Below, piece after piece: positions 18,151 to 27,083 of a stretch of DNA of 63,879 nucleotides (the first letter of the stretch is position 1; every line of letters begins with the position of its first letter). The notes beneath the pieces are model-generated. The model did not search any database, was not told where the DNA came from, and worked only from the letters and a program-made list of their open reading frames with translations. Source of the DNA: a virus (taxonomy: Duplodnaviria > Caudoviricetes); the IMG/VR virus record IMGVR_UViG_3300010376_000007, positions 1 to 63,879 of that record, one strand, 5' to 3'. The position numbers and the translations under genes were made by a program.

Positions 18151-18594
18151 ATGACACAGTTGGACAAGCGCTTTATCGGTTCGATCTCCGAAGCAACCAT
18201 GCGCACCGAAGATCTCCTGCCGAAGTTCATCTCGGTCCTCGAAGCCGCTGATCCCAAGCATCAGGTCGTCGAGGACTACCGCGAGCTTGAGAAGGCAGTC
18301 GAGACGCTGGCCGATTGGGCTGGGATGCAGCCCGCCGAGTACGCCGAGAGCATCGGGCTGTGGGAGATGGAGCGCGTCTCGATGTTCCTGAACGACAGCG
18401 TGTTCGATGCGCTCAACGACGTGGCACCGGAAGGCACGTACTTCAGCAGCAGCGAGGGTGACGGCGCCAGCTACGGGTTCTGGTACATGGACTGCGACGT
18501 GTGCGGCAAGAGCCTGGGTGACCACTCACCCGAAGGCCAGGGCTGCGACGATCCGGACATGGGCGACGACGCTGAGATCGAGGTGGTCTCGTGA
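18151..18594 (+). CDS. Acidic early protein
   Basis: Strong RBS; GSISEATMRTEDL...APEGTYF..SEGDGASYGFW. Confidence 0.75.
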   Translation: MTQLDKRFIGSISEATMRTEDLLPKFISVLEAADPKHQVVEDYRELEKAVETLADWAGMQPAEYAESIGLWEMERVSMFLNDSVFDALNDVAPEGTYFSSSEGDGASYGFWYMDCDVCGKSLGDHSPEGQGCDDPDMGDDAEIEVVS

Positions 18595-19091
18595 CCAGCC
18601 TGCACATCGCCTGGCACTGCGAGTGCGGGGACGCCGAGTCCTCGCACTACACCACCGAAGACGGCGAGGTCTGCTACGGCTGGTGCCGCAACACCGAACG
18701 AGACTGTGCTGGCCAGGGCTACCGGCCCATCAGCCACACGCGGCGCCCCGCCTCGTTCACGGCCATGCTCAAGGCCATTGGCGAGGACGGCAACCACCCG
18801 CACTGGCCAGCCCACTACACGTGCGATTTGTCGACCGACTACCAGACCATCATCCGGGATCTGGACGACGGCGACTGCTTCATCTGGATCGTCAGGGAGA
18901 TGGGCACGCATCTCTACCCGCTCAAGTACCTGGCCACCGACGAGTACGGCTTCATCCGCCAGGCCATGCAGTACCACGAGCGCAACACGCCAGCATCCCA
19001 CGTCTTCCACTGGACCGGTGAGACGCTGGAGCGTATCGACTGGAGTAAGGCGCGCTCGCTAGTCCAGGCTGGCGCACCGGTACCAGCGTGA
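18591..19091 (+). CDS. Hypothetical protein with N-terminal Cys/His cluster
   Basis: CECG...H...C...C; coupled to the previous gene. Confidence 0.7.
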   Translation: MTSLHIAWHCECGDAESSHYTTEDGEVCYGWCRNTERDCAGQGYRPISHTRRPASFTAMLKAIGEDGNHPHWPAHYTCDLSTDYQTIIRDLDDGDCFIWIVREMGTHLYPLKYLATDEYGFIRQAMQYHERNTPASHVFHWTGETLERIDWSKARSLVQAGAPVPA

Positions 19092-19240
19092 TCGTCTTCA
19101 AGATTGGGGACCGGGTAATCGGTCAATCGCAGACCTCATCGCAGCGGGCCATTCGCCTGCTGCTTGAGGTACTGGCCAAGCAGCATCCTGGGCAGGAAGT
19201 GACTGCCCACTATCCGGCTGACTACCAGCCGAAGCCTTGA
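19088..19240 (+). CDS. Small hypothetical protein (50 aa)
   Basis: GTGA overlap; fills the gap before the next RBS. Confidence 0.5.
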   Translation: MIVFKIGDRVIGQSQTSSQRAIRLLLEVLAKQHPGQEVTAHYPADYQPKP

Positions 19241-19253
19241 GGAGGGCTAGCAC

Positions 19254-19526
19254 ATGCATGTCTTCGTCGTGATCCGCTCCGCGTTCAGCGAGCACACCCA
19301 CATGGTCAACGTCATGGGCGTCTTTGCCCACATGCACCAGGCCACCCGGTACGTGGCCGAGTCGAAAGAGCAGGACAGCATCAACCGCAAGGTGCAGTCC
19401 GCGTACACCATCGAGAAGCACGCGGTCATGGATCCCGGCCGCGAGTCCATCCCTGGCACCGGTTGGCTACCGGGTGGGGAGGGCGTTCAAACTGATCCGT
19501 CGCAAATCGGTGCCCGGTCGTCATGA
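19254..19526 (+). CDS. Hypothetical protein
   Basis: CCTTGAGGAGG RBS. Confidence 0.7.
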   Translation: MHVFVVIRSAFSEHTHMVNVMGVFAHMHQATRYVAESKEQDSINRKVQSAYTIEKHAVMDPGRESIPGTGWLPGGEGVQTDPSQIGARSS

Positions 19527-19705
19527 CCGGGCCTGTTGTCTACGTAGTGGTCATCGTGGTCATGCTCGACGGCGCGCTCAAGTACAGCGTGGGCGATGTC
19601 TATAAGGACCGGACGCACGCCGAGGCCGTGGCCAAAGCCCATCGCGGTCAGCCTGGGCTGGTCGCCAGAGTGCTCAAGCAGGAGCTTCAAGACCAGCCGG
19701 CTTAG
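19523..19705 (+). CDS. Small hypothetical protein
   Basis: ATGA overlap; VYVV...VY...AEA pattern similar to the neighbouring gene. Confidence 0.6.
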   Translation: MTGPVVYVVVIVVMLDGALKYSVGDVYKDRTHAEAVAKAHRGQPGLVARVLKQELQDQPA

Positions 19706-19729
19706 TTCACAACGGCCCACAAACTCAAC

Positions 19730-19759
19730 TTGACAACCACGATGCCACTGTGATATGGT
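19730..19759 (+). promoter_or_regulatory. Sigma70/SigA-type promoter
   Basis: TTGACA-N18-TATGGT. Confidence 0.7.
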
Positions 19760-19820
19760 TTCACCACTTCGGTCCACGGCATTGGGGCCAAGGATTCCAC
19801 TCTTGAGGAGGGTATACAGA

Positions 19821-20870
19821 ATGCCTGCAGAGCTTTTTGGAGATCGGTTCTACGGTGGTCGCGGCAAGGCAGCCTGGCACAATCAGGGCTTCGTCGACGA
19901 TCTGGAGCACACCGCCAACGAGGCGTTCGATCTGATCGGCCGCTACAACGTGATGAAGCTGCCGCTGCAGACGGTGGCCACGCGTCAGGACGGCACGCAC
20001 ATCCAGACGCCAGCTTATGGCATCATCCGTCCGCCGGTGGATGACAGCGGCGAGCAGTATTTCGGCACCGTCTCGGGCGACTACCGCCTGGTCACGCCGC
20101 AGGAGATCGTCGACCTGTGCGACGAACGGGTCCGGCGCCCCGTCGAGACGATGCTGGCGCTCAAGGACGGCAAGCAGTTCGTCGTCACGTTCAAGCTGCC
20201 GAAGTTCGACGTGCGCGGCGACGAGATCGAGAACTTCCTGATGCTGTGGAACATGATGGACGGCGGCACGGCGTCGGGCGCCAACACTTCGAGCGTCCGG
20301 GTTGTGTGTGCCAACACCTTCGCCGCGTCGCTGGGCGCCAGCGAGCAGAAGGCGCGCTTCGTCCACGACTCGTGGATCCTGCAGCGCATGGCCCGCTGGA
20401 TGGAGGACGTGGTCCACGTGGCCGAGGCACGTCTACCGGAGCTTGCCGAGGCATACGATGCCATGGCTGCCTACGGCTTCACCAGGGCCAATCCGAATGC
20501 AGGCAAGGAAGTCAAGCACATCCTGCAGGCGACCTACCCGCAACTGCCTGGCTACGTCACGGACCCGCTGATGAGCGAGGAGCAGAACAAGGAGCGCGAG
20601 AAGCGCCGCCTGTCTGAGATCCGCATCATCGACGAGCGCCGGGTTCAGGCTCTCGAACTGTTCAAGGGCGCCGGCACGGGCATCGACTCGAAGGCAGCCT
20701 ACGGCACGGCCTGGGGATTATATCAAAGCGTTGTAGAACTTGAGGACTGGAAAGGCGGATCGAAAGGTAACCAACTCGCCCAAAGCGTGCTTTTTGGCGA
20801 GCGAGCCGAGACCAAGAGCCGCGCCTTCGACGCCACGATGGCTGTCGTCCAGGGCAGGGCCGGGATCTAG
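19821..20870 (+). CDS. DUF932-family phage/plasmid protein
   Basis: AWH..G, GTVSGDY, VRVVCANT, YGTAWGLYQSVVE..D, SVLFG...K.RAF. Confidence 0.85.
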   Translation: MPAELFGDRFYGGRGKAAWHNQGFVDDLEHTANEAFDLIGRYNVMKLPLQTVATRQDGTHIQTPAYGIIRPPVDDSGEQYFGTVSGDYRLVTPQEIVDLCDERVRRPVETMLALKDGKQFVVTFKLPKFDVRGDEIENFLMLWNMMDGGTASGANTSSVRVVCANTFAASLGASEQKARFVHDSWILQRMARWMEDVVHVAEARLPELAEAYDAMAAYGFTRANPNAGKEVKHILQATYPQLPGYVTDPLMSEEQNKEREKRRLSEIRIIDERRVQALELFKGAGTGIDSKAAYGTAWGLYQSVVELEDWKGGSKGNQLAQSVLFGERAETKSRAFDATMAVVQGRAGI

Positions 20871-20876
20871 TGGACT

Positions 20877-20911
20877 GACCAGACAGCGGGATTCGGCCCC
20901 GCTGTCTGGTC
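20877..20911 (+). terminator. 14-bp hairpin after the DUF932 gene (no U-tract)
   Basis: GACCAGACAGCGGG / CCCGCTGTCTGGTC. Confidence 0.6.
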
Positions 20912-20923
20912 TACCCTCTGGGC

Positions 20924-21292
20924 ATGGTCCACACACCGGATCCCGCGCTGAACCTGCGCGCCGAGATCAAGGCGAGCATGATCGCCATGCAGAGCTACAT
21001 CCAGATGGGCAACTACCGCCGCGCCGCGAGCATCGCCCACGATCTCAGCAACATGCTGGAGCGACTGGCCGAGATCGAGATGCCCAACGACCGGACGCGG
21101 ACAAGACGCGTCGAACCGCCGTCGCCACCCCAATCGGGTGACGAGTTCCTCGGCCCCCGGCTACGAGCGTTCCGCCAGGCGGGCCGCGATGCCGGAATGC
21201 CCGTGCCGCCCCGACGCCCACCACAGCGTCACATTCGTATCACGGAGGTCAAGCCCGAGCCACCGGAGCCGCCGCAACTCCCAGCGGGCTAG
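20924..21292 (+). CDS. Hypothetical protein, Pro-rich C-terminus
   Basis: TACCCT 6 nt before the ATG (leaderless-type). Confidence 0.55.
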   Translation: MVHTPDPALNLRAEIKASMIAMQSYIQMGNYRRAASIAHDLSNMLERLAEIEMPNDRTRTRRVEPPSPPQSGDEFLGPRLRAFRQAGRDAGMPVPPRRPPQRHIRITEVKPEPPEPPQLPAG

Positions 21293-21327
21293 TACAATCC
21301 AATCCATTCCTTGAGGAGGGATTCGCA

Positions 21328-21594
21328 ATGGCAATCATTGAATGGCCATCGCAGATGGCGCCCCTGGTCCCGCAGCTTCGACGGCTGCAGTACGCCGCCA
21401 ACATGCTGGGACTCACCGAGTTCTGCGCCGCGCAGGGCTGGTCGCCCACTGACAACTACGCCCGGGCCAAGTATCTGGAGTTCCAGGCACTGGGCCGCAT
21501 GCACGTCTTCGACGACAATGTGCTGCGCAACGCCGTCGAGTACTACGAAAAGATCACTGCCGAGCACGAGGCGGCACGCGAGGCCCGTTCGTGA
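21328..21594 (+). CDS. Hypothetical protein
   Basis: CCTTGAGGAGG RBS with TACAAT upstream. Confidence 0.7.
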   Translation: MAIIEWPSQMAPLVPQLRRLQYAANMLGLTEFCAAQGWSPTDNYARAKYLEFQALGRMHVFDDNVLRNAVEYYEKITAEHEAAREARS

Positions 21595-22058
21595 GCGGCG
21601 ACATTCCGGAGGACGCTGGGTTCACGCCCCCGCTGTTCTCGCTCGAACAGGTCGACGCGCTGGTCGCCTTTGCCACCGATCACGGCAGGGCCAGGGCGAA
21701 GATGCAGGGCTCAGACTTCAGCGAGTTCGACTACCTCGCCGGGGTGATGAGCATGTTCTTTGCGCTGCGGCTGCAGGGCAAGATCCCCGCAAGCTGGATC
21801 TTCGACGCCTTTACAGGCCGCAGTCCGCTGGATCTCAAGATCCCGGACGCCCAGGTCTACATCGTCATGGCGGGACAGTTACGCCAACCCACTGCGGTAT
21901 ACAAGCACCGGCGCGAAGCTCAGGAGCACGTCGAGCAACTCTGGCGGCAGGGCGACGAGCACGCCTTCATCGCTACCGAGCCGATACGCCAGGAAGTGCT
22001 GCCCAAGGTGCAGAAGCGCATCGACGCCTACTTCGACGAGGTCGAGACGGGGCTCTGA
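21591..22058 (+). CDS. Hypothetical protein
   Basis: GTGA overlap; 155 aa. Confidence 0.65.
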   Translation: MSGDIPEDAGFTPPLFSLEQVDALVAFATDHGRARAKMQGSDFSEFDYLAGVMSMFFALRLQGKIPASWIFDAFTGRSPLDLKIPDAQVYIVMAGQLRQPTAVYKHRREAQEHVEQLWRQGDEHAFIATEPIRQEVLPKVQKRIDAYFDEVETGL

Positions 22059-22077
22059 GCCTGGTACAAGGGGAAGC

Positions 22078-22479
22078 ATGGCAGTGTTGCTCGCTCTGGG
22101 TCTGCTGTTGACGCAGGCTCTAGACCCGATCCCGCCGCCGTACGCCCCGCCCGCCGACGAGATGCCGGTGCCCGATGAGGCACCGGATCCCGCACCAGCG
22201 GAGGTGGTTGCAACTGTCCCGACGTTGATGGTGCGTCCGGTGTGGGACCGGCTCGCTGTTTGCGAGAGCACGTCGAACTGGCACGCCAATACCGGCAACG
22301 GCTACTACGGCGGAGTCCAGATGGACATGAACTTCTGGCGCAGATACGGGGGGCCAGTCTACGCCGCCCGCCCCGATCTGGCGTCGCGCGAGTCTCAAGT
22401 GGCCGTTGCCGAGCGCGGCCTGGCCGTACAGGGCTGGGCTGCGTGGCCGGTGTGCAGCAGGCGCCTGGGGCTTCGATGA
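22078..22479 (+). CDS. Secreted resuscitation-promoting factor (Rpf) family lytic transglycosylase
   Basis: Hydrophobic N-terminus, Pro-rich linker, WDRLAVCESTSNWHANTGNGYYGGVQ...ASRESQVAVAE...QGWAAWPVC. Confidence 0.92.
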   Translation: MAVLLALGLLLTQALDPIPPPYAPPADEMPVPDEAPDPAPAEVVATVPTLMVRPVWDRLAVCESTSNWHANTGNGYYGGVQMDMNFWRRYGGPVYAARPDLASRESQVAVAERGLAVQGWAAWPVCSRRLGLR

Positions 22480-22503
22480 GGAGGTGCAGATGAGGAGGTG
22501 CAG

Positions 22504-22680
22504 ATGAAGACGTTCGTGGTCCGCACCCCGGACCTGAGACACTGGATGGGCAACGCCGAGTCGCCCGAGGAAGCGGTGGACTACGCCATCGCCCGAGCGA
22601 GCCTGTACGCGGCTCGCTACATCGTCTACGACTGGGACGCCAACTGCTTCGAGGTCGAGACGCCGCAGCATGGCGCGTGA
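22504..22680 (+). CDS. Small hypothetical protein
   Basis: AGGAGG RBS within a 14-bp tandem duplication. Confidence 0.6.
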   Translation: MKTFVVRTPDLRHWMGNAESPEEAVDYAIARASLYAARYIVYDWDANCFEVETPQHGA

Positions 22681-22933
22681 CCTGGCCTGCCCGAAGTGCG
22701 GGCGCGCCTTCAGCGTGCCGGTGACACTGGGCGAGCGAATCATCAACGTCCGACCGAAGTCCGGCGAGATGACGATCTGCCTGAACTGTGCGTCCGTTCT
22801 GACGTTCGAGGGCCAGCCGCTGAGCGCGCGGCTGGCCAACGCGGTCGACCTGGCCGCGCTCGACGACGACACGCTCGACAACCTGTATCTGGCCCGGGTC
22901 ACGGTCCAGACGTATCGCCATCAGCACAACTGA
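22670..22933 (+). CDS. Zinc-ribbon protein
   Basis: CPKC...CLNC. Confidence 0.7.
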   Translation: MARDLACPKCGRAFSVPVTLGERIINVRPKSGEMTICLNCASVLTFEGQPLSARLANAVDLAALDDDTLDNLYLARVTVQTYRHQHN

Positions 22934-22945
22934 GGAGGAGTGCAC

Positions 22946-24505
22946 ATGCCCAAAATTCGGAAAATCTACGGGCCTCCCGGGACAGGCAAGACAACCACCC
23001 TGGTAGAAGCGGGAGTCCGCATAGCGGAGACTCTCGGTCCGGACCAACTCGGTATGGTCACCTTCACCGTCGCCGCCGCAGACGAGATCAAGCTGCGCAT
23101 CGGCCAACGGCTGGGGATGCAACCCCCCGCTGGGCGCTGGGAACGCAACCGGTACTTTGCCACGCGGCTGCCATGGATCGGCACGATTCACTCGATCTCG
23201 CTGCGGTTGCTGGGCGGCGGACTGAAGGTGATCAGCCCCGGGTCAAGAGAGATGAACGCCTTCATCCGCAGCCTGGGAGGCGCGCCGTCCACGACGGGAG
23301 AGTGGACACCCGATGACCCCGATGCCTACGCCTGGGGGCCTGGCGCGCGAGCCGATGATATCGAAGACGCGCTGCGCGTGCTGAGCATGGCGCGTCACCG
23401 CATGCAGTCGATCCCCGAAGTGTGGAACGACGTGCCGTGGCGCCGCGATGGGCCGTCGATCACCCCGGAGCGCGCCCAGTTCATCGCCCAGACGTACGCC
23501 GACTACAAGCGGCAGATCGGCGTGATCGACTTCGAGGACATGGCTGCCCTTGGCCGCGAGCACATGTTGCCGGTGCGCGCCTTGCTGGTCGACGAGGTGC
23601 AGGACAACTCGCCCCTGCTGTGGTCGGTCACCGACCGCTGGTCCGAAGGCCCGGAGTACACCATGCTGGCGGGCGACCCGTACCAGGCCATCTTCATCTT
23701 CTCGGGCGCCAGGCCGGACCTGTTCATCCAACACCCGGGCGACTTGAGGAGTTTGGGGAACTCCCGCCGACTCACAGCAGACGCGGCAGTCTACGCCCAG
23801 CGCGTGCTGACCAGGGCGGGCTACCAGTCGGGCGACGGCTGGCTGGGCTCGTGGACCGGCAGCCAGACCACCGAGTTCCTCGACGGCAAGCACACCGAGT
23901 TCTGGCTGGCGCGTACCGGGACGCTGGTCAACGAGGCCGCGCGCTGGCTGGAGGACGACGGTGTCCCGTACGGCTACGTCAGGGGCGGCGGGCCGCTGCA
24001 GACCAAAGCTGCCGGTGCGTTCCGCAACCTGCTGCTGCTGCGCCGCCAGCGCGAGATCCCCGCCAGGCTGGCGGCCGGTATTGCAGAGCACGCCGAGTCC
24101 GATTACTTTCCCGAGTACCTCGTCAAGCGCGCCAGAGCCCAGGCCCGAGAAGACCCGGAGCGCATGGTCAGCATCGCGGAGCTACAGGTAGCCTGGGGGC
24201 GCGACCTCGACAACCCCGCCGTGTGGCTGAAGCGGGGCAGCTACTTCGAGCACGTGGCGAGACGTGAAGGACTGGAGCCGTTCATTGTCGGGCCGCGCAC
24301 GCTGGTCGGCACGATCCATGCCGCCAAGGGCCGCGAGGCCGACGTGGTGCATCTGGTGGAAAGCTGGGGCTACCTGCCCTACCGCGCCACCGAGGAGCCC
24401 AGAGGTGCGCGTGCCGAGGCGTGCGTGGCCTACGTCGGCGTCACGCGACACCGGCACCGTCTAGTGATGGAGCCGATGGGGCAGGGCTATGCTTACCCCT
24501 GGTAG
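22946..24505 (+). CDS. UvrD/Rep-like SF1 helicase
   Basis: GPPGTGKT, GTIHS, VDEVQD, GDPYQAIF, TIHAAKGRE, YVGVTR. Confidence 0.92.
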   Translation: MPKIRKIYGPPGTGKTTTLVEAGVRIAETLGPDQLGMVTFTVAAADEIKLRIGQRLGMQPPAGRWERNRYFATRLPWIGTIHSISLRLLGGGLKVISPGSREMNAFIRSLGGAPSTTGEWTPDDPDAYAWGPGARADDIEDALRVLSMARHRMQSIPEVWNDVPWRRDGPSITPERAQFIAQTYADYKRQIGVIDFEDMAALGREHMLPVRALLVDEVQDNSPLLWSVTDRWSEGPEYTMLAGDPYQAIFIFSGARPDLFIQHPGDLRSLGNSRRLTADAAVYAQRVLTRAGYQSGDGWLGSWTGSQTTEFLDGKHTEFWLARTGTLVNEAARWLEDDGVPYGYVRGGGPLQTKAAGAFRNLLLLRRQREIPARLAAGIAEHAESDYFPEYLVKRARAQAREDPERMVSIAELQVAWGRDLDNPAVWLKRGSYFEHVARREGLEPFIVGPRTLVGTIHAAKGREADVVHLVESWGYLPYRATEEPRGARAEACVAYVGVTRHRHRLVMEPMGQGYAYPW

Positions 24506-24538
24506 TCTACGGATCATTCTCCTTGACGGGGAGGCAGA

Positions 24539-25018
24539 ATGTCCGAACTACTGTTGTGGCGCCCGGAGTGGGCCGACCGCTTCGACGACCGCATCCGCAA
24601 GACCGACCAGCACTGGCTGTGGGTGGGCTACGTGGACTCCAAGGACGGCTACGGACGCTTCAAGCCACTGCACAACGAGCGGGGACAGCTTGCCCACCGG
24701 CTGGCCTACGTGCGCTGGATCGGCCCCATCCCCGACGAGTTCCCCGTCATCGACCACCTCAACCATCCCTTCAACCTCAGGCGCTGCGTCAGACCCGACT
24801 GCCTGGAGGCGATCACCCACGCCGAGAATACCCGGCGCGGACTCAGTCCCGCAGGCGTCAACGCGCGCCTCACGCACTGCCCCCGCTGCGGCTCCGAGTT
24901 CAACGCCACCAACGCCGTTTACCGGGACGACGGCGAGCGGCGCTGCCGGATCTGCAGACGCGCCGCGAACGCCGTCTACAAAGCTAGGAGGAGGGTGCGG
25001 GAAGCATTGGCAAGGTAG
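24539..25018 (+). CDS. HNH homing endonuclease
   Basis: DGYGRF, AHRLAY, IDH...RRCVRPDCLE..THAENT, THCPRC...CRIC. Confidence 0.85.
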   Translation: MSELLLWRPEWADRFDDRIRKTDQHWLWVGYVDSKDGYGRFKPLHNERGQLAHRLAYVRWIGPIPDEFPVIDHLNHPFNLRRCVRPDCLEAITHAENTRRGLSPAGVNARLTHCPRCGSEFNATNAVYRDDGERRCRICRRAANAVYKARRRVREALAR

Positions 25019-26621
25019 GCACAGGTGGGTCCTGGGCGACGCGCACCTTGAGCAGCACCGTGGGTCGGTGGTCGGCCCAGGTGTAGCCGGGCTCGATGCC
25101 GACCTGGCCCAGGATGGCCAGGATGCGGTGCATCTTCTGGGCGTCGATGGAGCGGTCGATGGCTTTCATGCGCCGCAGCAACATATCCGGGAATAGGTAG
25201 TACGTGTCTTCGTACTTCCAGCCCATGCTGCCCGTGCGCGCGTGGTACTGCGGCAGGCTATCGACTTGCGGCAGCGGGCTGAGCGTGTTCTCGATGGAGC
25301 GTGCCAGGTAGCCCTCGTCGGACAGTTCGACCGGGATCTTCTGCACCTCGCTGACCATGCCCTGCACGGCCCGCATGAAGTTGCTCCAGTTCTGGCCACG
25401 CTGGCCAGGCAGAAACTCGGGCACCCACATACCGGCGCTGGGTACCCAGCAGCGATCCCTGAAGCCCTTCTCGCTCGAAAGCTGGACGTTGGTGGCCTCG
25501 ACCCGCGAAGTTCTGGGCGACGTGCCGGGCTGCGTCACCTCGATCAGCAGCACGTACTCCATCAGGTCGTGGCCGCGCTCGCGGCACACGACTTCCTTGA
25601 CGGTGAAGTTGGCCCCCGAGGCCCGGAGCGCGTTCTGCCGCTCCTCCTCGACGGCGGTCCTGGCGTTGTCGTAAGTGCGCTTGATGTACGCGAAGCCGTA
25701 GCTGCCGCGCCCTTTGGCCCGGTAGCAGTTGTCCCCGATGGGCGAGGCGGCAAAGATCTCCTCGACCTCGTCCAGGCTCTGGTTGCGGCGGATCAGTTCG
25801 CACACCACCGAGTAGTCGATGCCCGAGCCCGACGGATCCGTGCTGAGCGCCCAGGCGGGCGAGCCCGGTGCCCCGTAGCCCGCCACCAGCAGCGAGTCCT
25901 GCACCTTCTTCTTGAGCCGCAGGCTGCGTACCCGGGAAAGAACCAGGGCGCTCTGGGCATCGTCGAGGTACAGGATCCGGTAGCTGCTGCTGGAGGGCGT
26001 TCCAACTGATCCGACGGCGCTGGGGTCGCCGCCGTCTGCCACGTAGGCTTCGACGATGGCCCGGGCAAGCTCGGCTACGTCGGGGACCATCGGCAGCGCC
26101 GCGAAGCTGCCCGAGCGGATCCGGTAGGGTCGGCCCGTGTCGGGGTGCAGGCTGGGCGGCACGACCATGTACGAGGGACCGGCATTGCCGGAGCCCTCAC
26201 CACGGATGTCGCCTGCCTTGCGGCCCTGGCCCAGCGACCACACGCTGGAGCGGATGGGCTGGAGCGACCGCACCCAGATGTGGGCCTTGCCCGAGCCCGA
26301 CTCGACGATCAGCGCGCCGTGGAACAGCATCTCACCGGCATGCGCCAGGACCCACTGCGCCAGGTCGAGGTCGTCGGCGTCCAGACAGTACGCGCCGCCC
26401 GAAACCTTGCCGCAAATGAGACCCCAGCCCATGCGCGGATCCCCGACGTTGATCCACTGCTGGACCTGGGCGTCTGAGGCGGCGCGGCGCTGGTACTCGC
26501 TCCAGCCCGTGGGCAGGATGCGCAGGTACGGGCGTTTGTCCTGAGGCGCCAGCGGGATGATGCTGTAGCCCAGGTGCTGCAGTTCTAGCGCTGAGTGATC
26601 GGGAGCCGGCATGGCAGCCAT
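24984..26621 (-). CDS. Bifunctional primase-polymerase (Prim-Pol) domain protein
   Basis: GYSIIPL..DKRP, WGLICG..SG..CLDAD, SGSGKAHIW, DIRGEG..YMVVPPSLHP.TG.PY. Confidence 0.88.
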   Translation of the reverse strand: MAAMPAPDHSALELQHLGYSIIPLAPQDKRPYLRILPTGWSEYQRRAASDAQVQQWINVGDPRMGWGLICGKVSGGAYCLDADDLDLAQWVLAHAGEMLFHGALIVESGSGKAHIWVRSLQPIRSSVWSLGQGRKAGDIRGEGSGNAGPSYMVVPPSLHPDTGRPYRIRSGSFAALPMVPDVAELARAIVEAYVADGGDPSAVGSVGTPSSSSYRILYLDDAQSALVLSRVRSLRLKKKVQDSLLVAGYGAPGSPAWALSTDPSGSGIDYSVVCELIRRNQSLDEVEEIFAASPIGDNCYRAKGRGSYGFAYIKRTYDNARTAVEEERQNALRASGANFTVKEVVCRERGHDLMEYVLLIEVTQPGTSPRTSRVEATNVQLSSEKGFRDRCWVPSAGMWVPEFLPGQRGQNWSNFMRAVQGMVSEVQKIPVELSDEGYLARSIENTLSPLPQVDSLPQYHARTGSMGWKYEDTYYLFPDMLLRRMKAIDRSIDAQKMHRILAILGQVGIEPGYTWADHRPTVLLKVRVAQDPPVPTLPMLPAPSS

Positions 26622-26628
26622 GCCGGGC

Positions 26629-26934
26629 TCAAGCGGCGACGGTTTGCGCTTCCCCGGCCTCGGACTTCGACTGTGCTGCCGCAGTACGCTTGCCGAGGTC
26701 GGGGTGAGACCGGGCATACGCGTCGAGATCGGCAACCCGGAACATCAATACGCTGGACTTCTCGCCAAGCATGAAGCCTGGCACGCCGGCAGCGCCTTCG
26801 TCGTACAGATTCTTGAGCCGGTAGATGTATTCGCGCGAGATGCCGAGATAGTCGGCGGCTTCCTGGGCGGGCAGCCAGCCCTTGAACGAGACGCGATTGG
26901 CCTGGGTCTGGGTATCTTCTGTACCCGTAGTCAT
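26629..26934 (-). CDS. Excisionase/MerR-like HTH DNA-binding protein
   Basis: WLPAQEAADYLGISREYIYRL...FRVADLDAY; GGAGG RBS. Confidence 0.8.
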   Translation of the reverse strand: MTTGTEDTQTQANRVSFKGWLPAQEAADYLGISREYIYRLKNLYDEGAAGVPGFMLGEKSSVLMFRVADLDAYARSHPDLGKRTAAAQSKSEAGEAQTVAA

Positions 26935-26966
26935 ACAAATCCTCCGCTAAGAAGAGTGAGCCGAAC

Positions 26967-26996
26967 TTGACAAACTCGGCCACAAGATGCTACAGT
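26967..26996 (+). promoter_or_regulatory. Sigma70/SigA-type promoter for the replication operon
   Basis: TTGACA-N18-TACAGT with an extended -10 TG. Confidence 0.8.
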
Positions 26997-27083
26997 GTTC
27001 GTCGGTTGGTCTGCAACCAACGGTGTCAAGGACTCGGCACCGAATCCCCCATTCAGTCACAGTCGCAGAGAGGAGCATGTCTT

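Noticed and set aside
26629-26934. Integration/excision module
   Set aside because: The HTH is excisionase-like, but I found no tyrosine or serine recombinase and no att-like site
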